A stretch of DNA of 57,816 nt from positions 1 to 57,816 of the forward strand of contig JAZDNP010000004.1 of NCBI GenBank assembly GCA_043799565.1, in the 5' to 3' direction. A program made the translations under genes and the position numbers. The notes under the pieces were generated by a model, which saw only the letters and a list, made by a program, of their open reading frames with translations, searched no databases and had not been told where the DNA came from. Source of the DNA: Candidatus Brennerbacteria bacterium. GTDB taxonomy: Bacteria > Patescibacteriota > Minisyncoccia > UBA6257 > GWB1-50-10. The stretch's first letter is position 1. Every line of letters begins with the position of its first letter. Of this stretch, positions 18,012 to 26,838 are shown piece by piece.

Positions 18012-18136
18012 ATGAATCCCGTTAGAAACAACCAAATTTAATGGTTATGCATACCGAAAAACACCTCCGATTGTTTCTAAAGGTCTCGTGTAACATACAC
18101 GGTCGCCTGCAGGCGACCTGTTTCTAACGGGATGAA
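18012..18136 (+). mobile_element. ORF-less mini copy (125 bp) of the ATGAATCCCGTTAGA...TCTAACGGGATGAA element, ending on the pilM start codon
   Basis: 15-bp perfect inverted repeat ATCCCGTTAGAAACA (18016-18030) / TGTTTCTAACGGGAT (18119-18133). ATGAA at both ends. Internal palindrome GGTCGCCTGCAGGCGACC. Confidence 0.8.
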
Positions 18137-19244
18137 TCTCGGTTTTGTTAAGGATTTTTTCACCGACATCAGGAATTTCTTCTCCTTCGGGCGCGTACTC
18201 GGAGTGGATATTGGCACGGTGTCCATAAAACTCGTGGAACTCGCGCGGAAAGGGGATGTCGTTTCTCTCGAGAATTACGGCATGGTTACCTCTAAGGAAT
18301 ACCTGAAGCGTCCGAATGCAGTCGTCCAATCGAGCTCGCTCAAACTCTCCGCGCGCGATGCCGCCCCACTTCTCAAAACATTGGTGGACGAAGTAAAGCC
18401 GAAAGCGAAGAAGGTCATCGCCTCCGTGCCCGCGTTCGCGTCGTTCGCGGTGCCGATAGAAATGCCGCTTATGAGCCGTGAGGATACCGAGAAGTCCATC
18501 GGGTTCCAGGCGCAGCGCTTTATCCCTATGCCGGTCACCGAAGTTTCATTTGAATGGGAAAAGGTGGGGGAATACGAAAGTGCGGAAGGACGGAAGTTCC
18601 AGCGCATTCTCCTTGTTGCGGTACCGAACGAGATCGTGAAGACCTATCGCGAACTTTTTCACGCGGCGGGACTCACCCTTTCCGCATTGGAGGTGGAACA
18701 TACGGCGCTCGCGCGTGCAATAACCTCGCCGTCCTCGCGCCACACGATGCTCGTGGATATCGGGGCCGAATCCACCTCCATCATAGTTACGGAAGGAACG
18801 ACGGTGCGTGCGGTGGGACAGGCGGACTACGGTGCGGTCACTTTAACCCAAGCGCTCGCGCGAAATCTTGGGGTGTCCGAAACGCGTGCGGAAGAGCTGA
18901 AGAAGCGGCGAGGTCTCATGGTGGGTGAGGGAGAATACGAGTTATCCACCTCACTTCTTCCTTTTTTGGATGTTATAATACGAGAGTGCGAAAGGGTGCG
19001 CGCAAGTTATGAGCGCACGTTTGCTCACCCAATCGAGCGTTTCACATTGGTCGGCGGCGGCGCAAATCTGCTCGGCATTGAGCGGTACTTTGCGGAAGCG
19101 CTCGGCATTTCACATGAGCCGGCGCGCCCATTTTCCAAGGTGAGATATGACGCCGGGTTGGAGCCCGCGATGAGGACCTTGAATCACGACCTTGCGGTTG
19201 CAACCGGGCTCGCTTTGAAGGTCTACCTAACCCCTCAACTATGA
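18132..19244 (+). CDS. pilM: type IV pilus assembly protein PilM (actin-like ATPase fold)
   Basis: VLGVDIGTVSIKLVEL N-terminus. 370 aa. First gene of the pilMNO block. Confidence 0.8.
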   Translation: MNLGFVKDFFTDIRNFFSFGRVLGVDIGTVSIKLVELARKGDVVSLENYGMVTSKEYLKRPNAVVQSSSLKLSARDAAPLLKTLVDEVKPKAKKVIASVPAFASFAVPIEMPLMSREDTEKSIGFQAQRFIPMPVTEVSFEWEKVGEYESAEGRKFQRILLVAVPNEIVKTYRELFHAAGLTLSALEVEHTALARAITSPSSRHTMLVDIGAESTSIIVTEGTTVRAVGQADYGAVTLTQALARNLGVSETRAEELKKRRGLMVGEGEYELSTSLLPFLDVIIRECERVRASYERTFAHPIERFTLVGGGANLLGIERYFAEALGISHEPARPFSKVRYDAGLEPAMRTLNHDLAVATGLALKVYLTPQL

Positions 19245-19813
19245 ACGGTATCAATACAACCAACGGAGCTCCCGAAAACGTAGTCGCGGAGCAATTTGCG
19301 CAAGAGCGGTTGCCGGTCGGATGGCCATGGCGCCTTCTTGTTTTTTCCATCGCGCTCTTCGCTTTTTCCATCCTGGTATATTTTGGGATTCGGGTCGGAT
19401 ACTCCGCGTATTTGGAAGATCGCATCGTGGAGGTAGATGCCGCCCTTACCGCGCTTACGAGCGAGGTCACCTCCGCCGACCAGGAGCAGTTCGTGGGTTT
19501 CTATTCGCAGATTGTGAATTTGAAGTCGGTGTTGGAGTGGCATGAATATGGTGCGAACATCTTCACGTTTTTGGAAAAATACACTCTTCCCGAGATTCAG
19601 TTCACGGAAGGTGAGTTGAATGCGGAAGAATTTACACTCTCGCTTCGCGGAAGCGGTGTATCGGTTAATATCGTTGGCCAGCAGCTCGCGGCGCTCGAAA
19701 CGGCGCCCGGAGTTGCGAAGGTGCTTTTGAGGGACGTGAATACGGAAGGGCGTGCTACATTTTCATTCACCATTGTGTTCACTGAAGCGTTCTTTGACCG
19801 CCCATTACTTTAA
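19241..19813 (+). CDS. pilN: PilN-like pilus assembly protein (single TM)
   Basis: ATGA overlap with pilM. TM WRLLVFSIALFAFSILVYFGI. Position in the locus. Confidence 0.6.
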   Translation: MNGINTTNGAPENVVAEQFAQERLPVGWPWRLLVFSIALFAFSILVYFGIRVGYSAYLEDRIVEVDAALTALTSEVTSADQEQFVGFYSQIVNLKSVLEWHEYGANIFTFLEKYTLPEIQFTEGELNAEEFTLSLRGSGVSVNIVGQQLAALETAPGVAKVLLRDVNTEGRATFSFTIVFTEAFFDRPLL

Positions 19814-19818
19814 TCACC

Positions 19819-20388
19819 ATGCGCGTATCCACTAAACGAATTCTTTCCATCCTTGTGGGCCTTGCGTTCCTTATGGGCGCGTTCTTCGTGTACCTCGGGC
19901 TCATTCGCGGGGAGATGACGGAAGCTGAGAGGGTGCGCGGGCTCCTTGCATCCAAAGAAGCTCTTTTCGCGAACCAGGAACGTGCCGTGAATCAGGTGAA
20001 GGATCTCTTGAATGAGTTCAAGAATTTCGCGCGACTTGAAGAAACGGTGAGCCGCGCGGTACCGAACGGCGCATCCACCATTTCCGCACTCCGTCAGTTG
20101 GAAGCGGTAGGGCGTACGGCAGGCGCCGTTATCACAAAATTGGATTTCTCCACTCCCACTCCCAGCTCACGCGGAGCGCCGGGCGCGACGTCGGTAGTGA
20201 AGCGGCTCCGTACGCTTGAGGTAAAAGTGCGTGCAGAAGGTCCCTATGAAAACCTCAAACAATTCACGAAGTTATTGGAAACGAGCGTGCGGGTAGCGAA
20301 CGTTACGCGGCTGAATTATGCGCCGGGAGGCATCGCAAGCTCGGGCGACTCCCTTTCGTTGGAGGTCGATATGTACTATCAAGAATAA
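19819..20388 (+). CDS. pilO: PilO-like pilus assembly protein (single TM + coiled coil)
   Basis: TM ILSILVGLAFLMGAFFVYLGL followed by a coiled-coil-like segment. Position in the locus. Confidence 0.6.
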   Translation: MRVSTKRILSILVGLAFLMGAFFVYLGLIRGEMTEAERVRGLLASKEALFANQERAVNQVKDLLNEFKNFARLEETVSRAVPNGASTISALRQLEAVGRTAGAVITKLDFSTPTPSSRGAPGATSVVKRLRTLEVKVRAEGPYENLKQFTKLLETSVRVANVTRLNYAPGGIASSGDSLSLEVDMYYQE

Positions 20389-20391
20389 TTT

Positions 20392-20679
20392 ATGGCCATC
20401 GTTGTTGAAGAAGAAAAGAAGAAGGCGAACTGGATGACCATCATCTCAGTCGTGGTGTTTCTCGCGGTCGTGTTTTTCGGTGCATACTATCTGTTTTTCA
20501 AACAGCCGGAGCTTATTGATTTGGTCGCACCGGCAGAATTGGAGCGGTTGAGTGCGATATCATCCGTGAAGTTCAACCCCCGCGAAGTGGTGGATGCGCC
20601 CACGTTCAAAGCACTCCGTGATTTTTCCGGCACCAGCACCATACCCCGCACCGGCAAGGCAAATCCATTTGCGCTCTAG
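20392..20679 (+). CDS. small membrane protein of the pilus locus
   Basis: 95 aa with TM WMTIISVVVFLAVVFFGAYYLFF. Tightly packed between pilO and pilB. Confidence 0.5.
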   Translation: MAIVVEEEKKKANWMTIISVVVFLAVVFFGAYYLFFKQPELIDLVAPAELERLSAISSVKFNPREVVDAPTFKALRDFSGTSTIPRTGKANPFAL

Positions 20680-20704
20680 CCCAGGTGAGCGACCATGACT
20701 CTCC

Positions 20705-22432
20705 ATGACCGATCAAGAACTCGCACAAGCACTCGTTACCAAAGGGGTTCTTCGTGACGCCGACCGCGTAGAGCTTGAGAAAGCCACGCGTTTTGGAAGC
20801 ACCTCGCTGGAAGACGCGCTCTACGCGCGTCGTTCTGTTTCGGAAGAGGATATCGCGAGCGTGAAGGCGGAACTTTTGGGAGTGCCCTATCGTGCCGTGG
20901 ATGTGGCCGCTGTTCCCGAAGAGCTTTTCAAAGTAATACCGCGCGAAACGTCGCTCACATACCGCGTGATGCCCATTGAACGCGCGAAGGGGATGCTCGT
21001 AGTCGGCATGCTTCGGCCCGACGATCCCCGCGCACAGGAAGCACTTCGTTTTATTGCAAAACGTGAAGGGGTAAGTTTGGGCGTCTACCTTGTCACTCCT
21101 TCGGCGCTGAACGCCGCATGGCGCAGGTACGCGCCGTATCGCACCGAGGTGGAATCCGCAGTGAAGGAAATCGGTCGTACCAAAGACGACGCGGAGGACC
21201 GCGTGCTCCTTGAAGAGGCGACTGCGGGGGAGGACGCCCCCATTATTAAAATCGTCGCGTCCACGCTCCGCCACGCGGTGGAAGGCGGCGCTTCCGATAT
21301 TCATATTGAACCCCAGCGCTCAAGGGTTCGCATCCGTATGCGCATTGATGGAAAGTTGGAGGAGATAAGCACGTTGCCTCCCTCGCTCGCTCAACCCATC
21401 GTTTCGCGCGTGAAAGTTTTGGCGAGATTGAAGTTGGACGAAACCCGTATTCCGCAGGACGGAAGATTCCGTACGCTCATTCAAGGGCGCGACATTGACT
21501 ACCGCGTTGCCACATTTCCGACGCCTTCGGGCGAGAAAGTTGCCATCCGCGTGCTTGACCCTGCGACCGGGATGAAAGGATTGGACCAGATAGGGCTTGA
21601 GTCGTACCACGCGCCGATTGTGGAGCGCGCGCTCGCGCGACCCTTCGGCATGCTCCTTATCTCCGGCCCCACCGGTTCAGGGAAGACCACTACGCTTTAC
21701 GGCATGATGCAGCGCCTAAACCGCGAGTCGGTCAATATGGTTTCGCTCGAGGACCCGGTTGAATATTTCGTGGAAGGAATGAATCAATCGCAGGTGCGCC
21801 CAGAAATCGGCTACACGTTCGCTTCTGGCCTCCGCCAGATACTTCGGCAGGATCCGGATGTCATTATGGTCGGTGAAATACGCGACGCGGAAACCGCGAA
21901 CTTGGCCGTGAACGCCGCACTCACGGGCCACGTGATGCTCTCCACCATCCATACGAATAATGCGGTGGGCGTCATTCCGCGCCTCATTGATCTTGGTGTT
22001 CCTCCATTTCTCCTTTCCTCTTCGTTGAACTTAATGATGGCCCAGCGTCTTGTGCTCCGGCTTTGTCCGGAGTGTAAGAAAGAGACCAAAGCGCCGAAAG
22101 AAGTGGCCGACGTGATAGACGAAGCGCTCTCTTCGCTTCCCGCGGCAGTAAAGACGGGAGCAAAAATAAAAACACCCTACACCATATGGACCGCGGAACC
22201 GAAAGAAAGTTGTCCGGTGTGCAAAGGGAAGGGTACTGCGGGCCGCGTGGCGCTCTTTGAACTTTTTCAAATGACGCGCGAAGTCGGAGACCTCATTGCG
22301 CGCGCGTTCACCGAAGGGGCGCTCGTGGACGAGGCAAAGCGGCAGGGTATGGTAACCTTACGTCAGGATGGAGTGCTGAAGGCACTCCGAGGCATGGTAT
22401 CAATGGAAGAAGTGATGCGCGAAACCACATAA
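20705..22432 (+). CDS. pilB: type IV pilus assembly ATPase PilB (GspE family)
   Basis: N-terminal T2SS-E N domain. Walker A GPTGSGKTT. Asp/His boxes. Tetracysteine CPEC...CPVCKG. Confidence 0.9.
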   Translation: MTDQELAQALVTKGVLRDADRVELEKATRFGSTSLEDALYARRSVSEEDIASVKAELLGVPYRAVDVAAVPEELFKVIPRETSLTYRVMPIERAKGMLVVGMLRPDDPRAQEALRFIAKREGVSLGVYLVTPSALNAAWRRYAPYRTEVESAVKEIGRTKDDAEDRVLLEEATAGEDAPIIKIVASTLRHAVEGGASDIHIEPQRSRVRIRMRIDGKLEEISTLPPSLAQPIVSRVKVLARLKLDETRIPQDGRFRTLIQGRDIDYRVATFPTPSGEKVAIRVLDPATGMKGLDQIGLESYHAPIVERALARPFGMLLISGPTGSGKTTTLYGMMQRLNRESVNMVSLEDPVEYFVEGMNQSQVRPEIGYTFASGLRQILRQDPDVIMVGEIRDAETANLAVNAALTGHVMLSTIHTNNAVGVIPRLIDLGVPPFLLSSSLNLMMAQRLVLRLCPECKKETKAPKEVADVIDEALSSLPAAVKTGAKIKTPYTIWTAEPKESCPVCKGKGTAGRVALFELFQMTREVGDLIARAFTEGALVDEAKRQGMVTLRQDGVLKALRGMVSMEEVMRETT

Positions 22433-22437
22433 ATAAA

Positions 22438-23508
22438 ATGGATTATCCAAGCAAGCTCAACGAATTACTTCTCATAACCGCGCGGCAAGGCGCGTCGGAC
22501 CTCCACATCGCGGTTGGGCGGAAACCCACCATCCGCGTGGACAGCGTTTTGGTGCCTTTGGAGAAAGAGCCCATTCTTACCAAAGAAGATGCGGAGGGAT
22601 TAGTGAACGCACTGCTTACTCCCGAGCAGAAGGACAAATTTTCCAAACTGAAACAACTGGACTTCTCGTTCAATTATGAGGACAAGGCGCGCTTCCGGGT
22701 GAACGTGTATCTCCAGCGCGGTTTTCTCGCGGCGGCGCTACGTCTCATCCCCGCACAGATACGCACCGTGGATGAGTTGAATCTCCCCCCGCTTCTCCAT
22801 GATTTTTCGAAACTCCATCAAGGATTTGTGCTCGTGGTGGGTCCGGCGGGGCATGGGAAGTCCACCACGCTCGCGGGAATATGCGATGAGGTCAACCACA
22901 CGCGTACCGAGCACATCATCACGGTGGAAGACCCTATAGAATATCTTTTCTCGCAGGACCGTTGCATTATCTCTCAACGTGAAGTGGGGAGTGACGCCGT
23001 GTCGTTCCACGAGGCGCTCCGCGCGGTCCTTCGGCAGGACCCGGGCGTTATCATGATCGGTGAAATGCGCGACCCCGAGACCATCGCCACTGCGATGACC
23101 GCGGCGGAAACGGGACACTTGGTTTTTTCCACGCTCCACACAAATTCCGCTTCGCAGACAATTGACCGCATCATCGACAGTTTTCCTCCGGAACAACAGG
23201 GCCAGGTGGTGTCTCAGCTCGCCTCCACGCTCGTGGGTATTATTTCCCAGCGTTTGGTGCCGCGGATTGGCGGCGGCAGAATGCCCGCGGCAGAGATCAT
23301 GCTTACCAACTCGGCGATCCGGAACCTTATCAGGGAGCGGAAAATCTACCAAATTGACCTCGTGATAGAAACCAGCGTGCAGGAAGGGATGATTTCCCTG
23401 AACCGCTCGCTTGTGAATCTGTTGAAACGGAAGGAAATATCACTTGAAGCGGCGGAATCGTTCTCACTGAATCCCGCTGAACTCCGCATTTTACTTGAAA
23501 GGACGTGA
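22438..23508 (+). CDS. pilT: twitching motility / retraction ATPase PilT
   Basis: 356 aa. ASDLHI, Walker A GPAGHGKST, GEMRD, TGHLVFSTLHTN. Confidence 0.9.
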   Translation: MDYPSKLNELLLITARQGASDLHIAVGRKPTIRVDSVLVPLEKEPILTKEDAEGLVNALLTPEQKDKFSKLKQLDFSFNYEDKARFRVNVYLQRGFLAAALRLIPAQIRTVDELNLPPLLHDFSKLHQGFVLVVGPAGHGKSTTLAGICDEVNHTRTEHIITVEDPIEYLFSQDRCIISQREVGSDAVSFHEALRAVLRQDPGVIMIGEMRDPETIATAMTAAETGHLVFSTLHTNSASQTIDRIIDSFPPEQQGQVVSQLASTLVGIISQRLVPRIGGGRMPAAEIMLTNSAIRNLIRERKIYQIDLVIETSVQEGMISLNRSLVNLLKRKEISLEAAESFSLNPAELRILLERT

Positions 23509-23512
23509 GGTC

Positions 23513-23797
23513 ATGAATCCCGTTAGAGACAACAAAACTTATTATGTTTACGTCTTGCGTAGCACTAAAGATAAACGCTGGTATACTGGACTTACCGATG
23601 ACCTACGGAAGCGCTTCAAGGAACACAATGCCGGACATGTTGGGTGGACAAACGGACGTGGCCCATTCGAGCTCATCTACTACGAAATGTGTAAAAACAT
23701 CACTGATGCAAGGTCGCGAGAGAAGTATTTCAAATCAGGCATGGGCAAGCGCTACTTGAAGAATCGCTTGAAGCGCTTCCTGTCTCTAACGGGATGA
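23513..23797 (+). CDS. GIY-YIG nuclease family protein (94 aa)
   Basis: MNPVRDNKTYYVYVLRS...RWYTGLTDDLRKRFKEH...YYEMC...REKYFK. Start ATG lies in the left arm. Stop TGA overlaps the pilC ATG (ATGA). The track start at 23495 overlaps pilT and is rejected. Confidence 0.85.
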   Translation: MNPVRDNKTYYVYVLRSTKDKRWYTGLTDDLRKRFKEHNAGHVGWTNGRGPFELIYYEMCKNITDARSREKYFKSGMGKRYLKNRLKRFLSLTG

Positions 23798-23798
23798 A
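23513..23798 (+). mobile_element. autonomous-looking copy (286 bp) of the inverted-repeat element, carrying a GIY-YIG ORF, inserted exactly at the pilC start codon
   Basis: 15-bp perfect inverted repeat ATCCCGTTAGAGACA (23517-23531) / TGTCTCTAACGGGAT (23781-23795). ATGAA at both ends. Confidence 0.85.
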
Positions 23799-24999
23799 GT
23801 TCAACTATAAGGCACGTACCGCACAAGGCGAACTCCAGGTGGGAGACGTGGAATCGTCATCGCGCGAAGCGGCGGTGAATATCCTTCTCACGCACGGCCT
23901 CTACGTTTTGACCATTGAGCCGGTGAAGGAGGACAAGTGGTGGAACCGCATTACGGATTTCTTCGAGCGCGTGAAGGTCGCGGACCTTATGATATTCACC
24001 CGGCAGTTCGCGACCTTGATTGCTTCGCAGGTGCCTATCGGCGACTCGCTCCGCTCGCTCTACGAACAGATCACGAAGCCGGTCCTGAAAGAGGTCATTG
24101 CGGAGGTCACTTCCGACATTGAATCGGGTTTCTCGCTTTCGCAGGCGCTCGCGCGGCACCCCGGCGTATTCAACGAATTTTATGTGAATATGGTGAAGTC
24201 CGCCGAAGTCACCGGCCGCCTCTCCGAAGTGCTGGACTTCCTTGCGGACTATCAGGAGAAACAATCCATCCTCATCGGGAAACTGCGGAACGCATTGGTC
24301 TACCCCGCGTTCGTCGTCGGGCTTTTCGTGCTCGTCGTCATCATCATGGTCACCATGGTGCTTCCGCAAATTGCCCCTATTTTTGCAGAAGTATCGGTGG
24401 ACCTCCCATTTTTCACGCGTGTTCTTCTTGCGACGGGTACTTTTATGTCCAACTATTGGTGGGTACTCCTTATTCTCATCGGAGTGCTCGTGGCGCTGGT
24501 CATTGACTACCTTCAAACCACGGAAGGAAAGGCGGTAGTGAACGAAGTGAGTTTGAGAATTCCGTTCGTGGGGAAACTACTCCAAAAGGTTTATATTGCG
24601 CGTTTTGCGGAGTCCGCGCGGGTACTCATTAAGGGAGGTCTTACCATCCCACAAGCGATAGAAATCTCCTCGCATACCATAGGAAACTATGTGTACGAGG
24701 ATATTTTGCACGAAGTGGCACAATCCATCCGGAAAGGGCTCCTTCTTTCGCAGGCCCTGAAAGGCGCTCCCTATTTCCCGCCTTTGGTCTACCAACTGGT
24801 TTCGGTGGGCGAATCCACCGGCAGATTGGAATCAATGTTGGAGCGTGTATCCGCGTTCTACAACCGTCAGGTGGACGACACGGTATCCAATTTGGTGGAG
24901 CTCATTCAGCCCGCGCTCCTTGTGGTCATCGGGCTTATGGTTGCAGGGCTCTTTGCCGCGATACTTTTGCCTCTCTACAACCTTACGAAAGCGTTCTGA
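23794..24999 (+). CDS. pilC: type IV pilus platform protein PilC (GspF family)
   Basis: 401 aa, two GspF-type repeats, three TM segments. Follows pilB and pilT. Confidence 0.9.
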   Translation: MKFNYKARTAQGELQVGDVESSSREAAVNILLTHGLYVLTIEPVKEDKWWNRITDFFERVKVADLMIFTRQFATLIASQVPIGDSLRSLYEQITKPVLKEVIAEVTSDIESGFSLSQALARHPGVFNEFYVNMVKSAEVTGRLSEVLDFLADYQEKQSILIGKLRNALVYPAFVVGLFVLVVIIMVTMVLPQIAPIFAEVSVDLPFFTRVLLATGTFMSNYWWVLLILIGVLVALVIDYLQTTEGKAVVNEVSLRIPFVGKLLQKVYIARFAESARVLIKGGLTIPQAIEISSHTIGNYVYEDILHEVAQSIRKGLLLSQALKGAPYFPPLVYQLVSVGESTGRLESMLERVSAFYNRQVDDTVSNLVELIQPALLVVIGLMVAGLFAAILLPLYNLTKAF

Positions 25000-25045
25000 T
25001 ATAATGAAAACGTCCTGAAAGGTCGAGGAAAAAGATTCAACAAAC

Positions 25046-25453
25046 ATGAAAAACAACCAAAAAGGCTTTACGCTCATTGAAATGCTCGTAGTGGTAGCGA
25101 TCGTTGGGCTTTTGTCCTCGGTCGTAGTGGTCGGGGTAGGCGGCGCGCGTGAAAAAGCGCGTGATGCAAAGCGTGTGGCGGACATCCGTCAGATCCAGAC
25201 CTATCTTGAAGCGGAATACGACAACGGTTATCCTGCGCAAGTAACCTGGCCCACTTCACTTGCCACAGACCCAAGCACGGGAACCGCATACTTCTTCTGT
25301 ACGGCCAACAGCGATTTGTCTTATGTGCTCGGTGCGGATCTGGAGAACCCAGACAATCGCCCCACGGGCGGTATTACGGACGTTACGGGATTGTGCGCGC
25401 CGGCGGGGGTTACCTGTTCAGCGACTGATGCATATTGCGTATCAAACGAGTAA
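25046..25453 (+). CDS. type IV pilin (major pilin candidate 1)
   Basis: Prepilin leader and N-methylation site MKNNQKG/FTLIEMLVVVAIVGLL. Cys pairs in the C-terminal part. Confidence 0.85.
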   Translation: MKNNQKGFTLIEMLVVVAIVGLLSSVVVVGVGGAREKARDAKRVADIRQIQTYLEAEYDNGYPAQVTWPTSLATDPSTGTAYFFCTANSDLSYVLGADLENPDNRPTGGITDVTGLCAPAGVTCSATDAYCVSNE

Positions 25454-25461
25454 GCGTTCTT

Positions 25462-25908
25462 ATGAAAGCGCGTTCAACTTCTGGTTTTACCCTGATAGAG
25501 ATGCTCGTGGTGGTTGCCATCATCGGGCTTCTCTCCTCCATTATTTTGGTGGGGCTTGGGGACGTGAGGAAGGACGCGCGTGATACCCGCCGCCTTGCGG
25601 ACATCCGCCAGCTCCAAAATGCGCTTGAGATTTACTACTCCACGAACGACTCGTATCCGCAGGATGCATACGAGTCGCTCCAAACCGCTCCCTATGATCC
25701 GGTACTGGATCCGCTCACGGGGGCAGTGATGCCATACGGGTATGAGCGGCTCTCGCCGCAAAGTTATATCTTGGGCGCGTGCCTTGAAGGGGAGCGCCAG
25801 ACGGGGGTGAGCCATATCAACGAAAACATCCGGAACGGTATTACGAATTACGGCGAGGGGTGTAATTGTGACGACGAAGACAATCAAGTGTATTGCGTGA
25901 AGAGTTAA
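25462..25908 (+). CDS. type IV pilin (major pilin candidate 2)
   Basis: MKARSTSG/FTLIEMLVVVAIIGLL. Paralog of the preceding pilin. Start trimmed to the ATG at 25462. Confidence 0.85.
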   Translation: MKARSTSGFTLIEMLVVVAIIGLLSSIILVGLGDVRKDARDTRRLADIRQLQNALEIYYSTNDSYPQDAYESLQTAPYDPVLDPLTGAVMPYGYERLSPQSYILGACLEGERQTGVSHINENIRNGITNYGEGCNCDDEDNQVYCVKS

Positions 25909-25911
25909 GAA

Positions 25912-26814
25912 ATGCCCGTACTGTTCTATGTGTGTAGTGCGGTGTTCGGACTTGCGGTAGGCAGTTTTTTGAACGTGCTCACGCTCCGGTACAAGCCGGA
26001 GCGGAGTTTTTTTTCACGTGCGTCATTGGGCGGCCGTTCACGGTGCATGCGGTGCAATGCAACGCTCAAGTGGTACGAACTCGTGCCGCTCCTGAGCTTC
26101 GTAGTGCAGAGAGGGAAGTGTCGCTCGTGCGGTGCACGTTTGTCGCGACAATATCCTATTGTGGAATTCGTGGTTGCGGCCTTTGCCGTCGGCATCCCGC
26201 TTTTTTTCGGCGCATGGCACGGTATGCGCGGTGTGGCAACGCTTGAAGCGCCGCTGTGGTACTACGGGTACCTATTATTGTGGTTTGTGGTTGCGCTGGT
26301 GTGGCTTGCCATCGTTATCGTGGATGCAAAGCATTATATTGTGCCCGATGAACTGAATGTGGTGCTCGCGGGCGTGGGGATAGGGCTTGTGGTACTCATT
26401 GCGCTTCACGAGAGCTCGCTCCCCGTGTTCCGCTTCTCATTTCTCAAACATTACGCGCTCATTTTTACTCCCGGTTTTCTTGAAAGTGTGTGGGCGTCCC
26501 ATATTGCGGGAGCGCTTATCGGAGGCGCGTTCTTTTGGCTCCTCTCGCTCATCCAGCGCGGTGCGGCGATGGGGTTTGGGGATGTGAAGCTCGCGTTCGT
26601 GTCGGGGCTCGTGCTCGGATTCCCTGATATCATTGTGGGGGCGGGCATCGCATTCGTGTTAGGGGGAATATGGGGAGGCGTGCTCATGGCGATCGGAAGA
26701 AAAAAAATGGGTGACAGAATCCCCTTCGCACCGTTTCTGGTGCTCGGGTTTCTTATCACCGTTACGCTCGGTTTTCCGATTCTCTCGTGGTATTTCAAAC
26801 TGCTGAATTTTTAG
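25912..26814 (+). CDS. pilD: prepilin peptidase (A24 family)
   Basis: N-terminal CMRC...CRSC zinc motif, polytopic membrane protein, GFGDVKL aspartyl motif. Confidence 0.85.
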   Translation: MPVLFYVCSAVFGLAVGSFLNVLTLRYKPERSFFSRASLGGRSRCMRCNATLKWYELVPLLSFVVQRGKCRSCGARLSRQYPIVEFVVAAFAVGIPLFFGAWHGMRGVATLEAPLWYYGYLLLWFVVALVWLAIVIVDAKHYIVPDELNVVLAGVGIGLVVLIALHESSLPVFRFSFLKHYALIFTPGFLESVWASHIAGALIGGAFFWLLSLIQRGAAMGFGDVKLAFVSGLVLGFPDIIVGAGIAFVLGGIWGGVLMAIGRKKMGDRIPFAPFLVLGFLITVTLGFPILSWYFKLLNF

Positions 26815-26838
26815 TGAACTGCGGGTATACTAATAGAG

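Noticed and set aside
17952-18035. N-terminal extension of comF (track start at 18035).
   Set aside because: The extension is translated from the A/T-rich promoter region and the left arm of the repeat element. The conserved ComF Cys motifs begin after the internal Met at 17951.
20606-21304. Long antisense ORFs opposite strong genes. This one is opposite pilB. Others are at 6710..7453, 16715..17224, 22738..23352, 23857..24516, 27865..28497, 43710..44396, 49048..49749 and 56288..56983.
   Set aside because: Each lies fully within a gene that has clear family motifs on the other strand. Their translations are Arg/His/Pro-rich low-complexity sequence, typical of shadow frames in GC-rich coding DNA.
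23468-23481. TGAATCCCGCTGA inside the pilT 3' end resembles the left arm TGAATCCCGTTAGA; considered a fourth (decayed) element end or target mimic.
   Set aside because: Only about 9 contiguous identical nt. It has no partner arm and lies in frame within a conserved pilT C-terminus. It cannot be distinguished from chance without more copies.
22438-23508. Considered an alternative genetic code (UGA read as an amino acid, as in some CPR lineages).
   Set aside because: TGA ends pilT, pilM, cca, the PheRS gene and others at positions consistent with full-length family members. It also forms ATGA stop/start overlaps, so the standard code fits.
23495-23512. Upstream start (MKGREV...) for the GIY-YIG ORF.
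   Set aside because: It overlaps the end of pilT. The ATG at 23513 has the RBS-like AAAGGACGTGAGG in front of it and coincides with the conserved element end shared by the two ORF-less copies.
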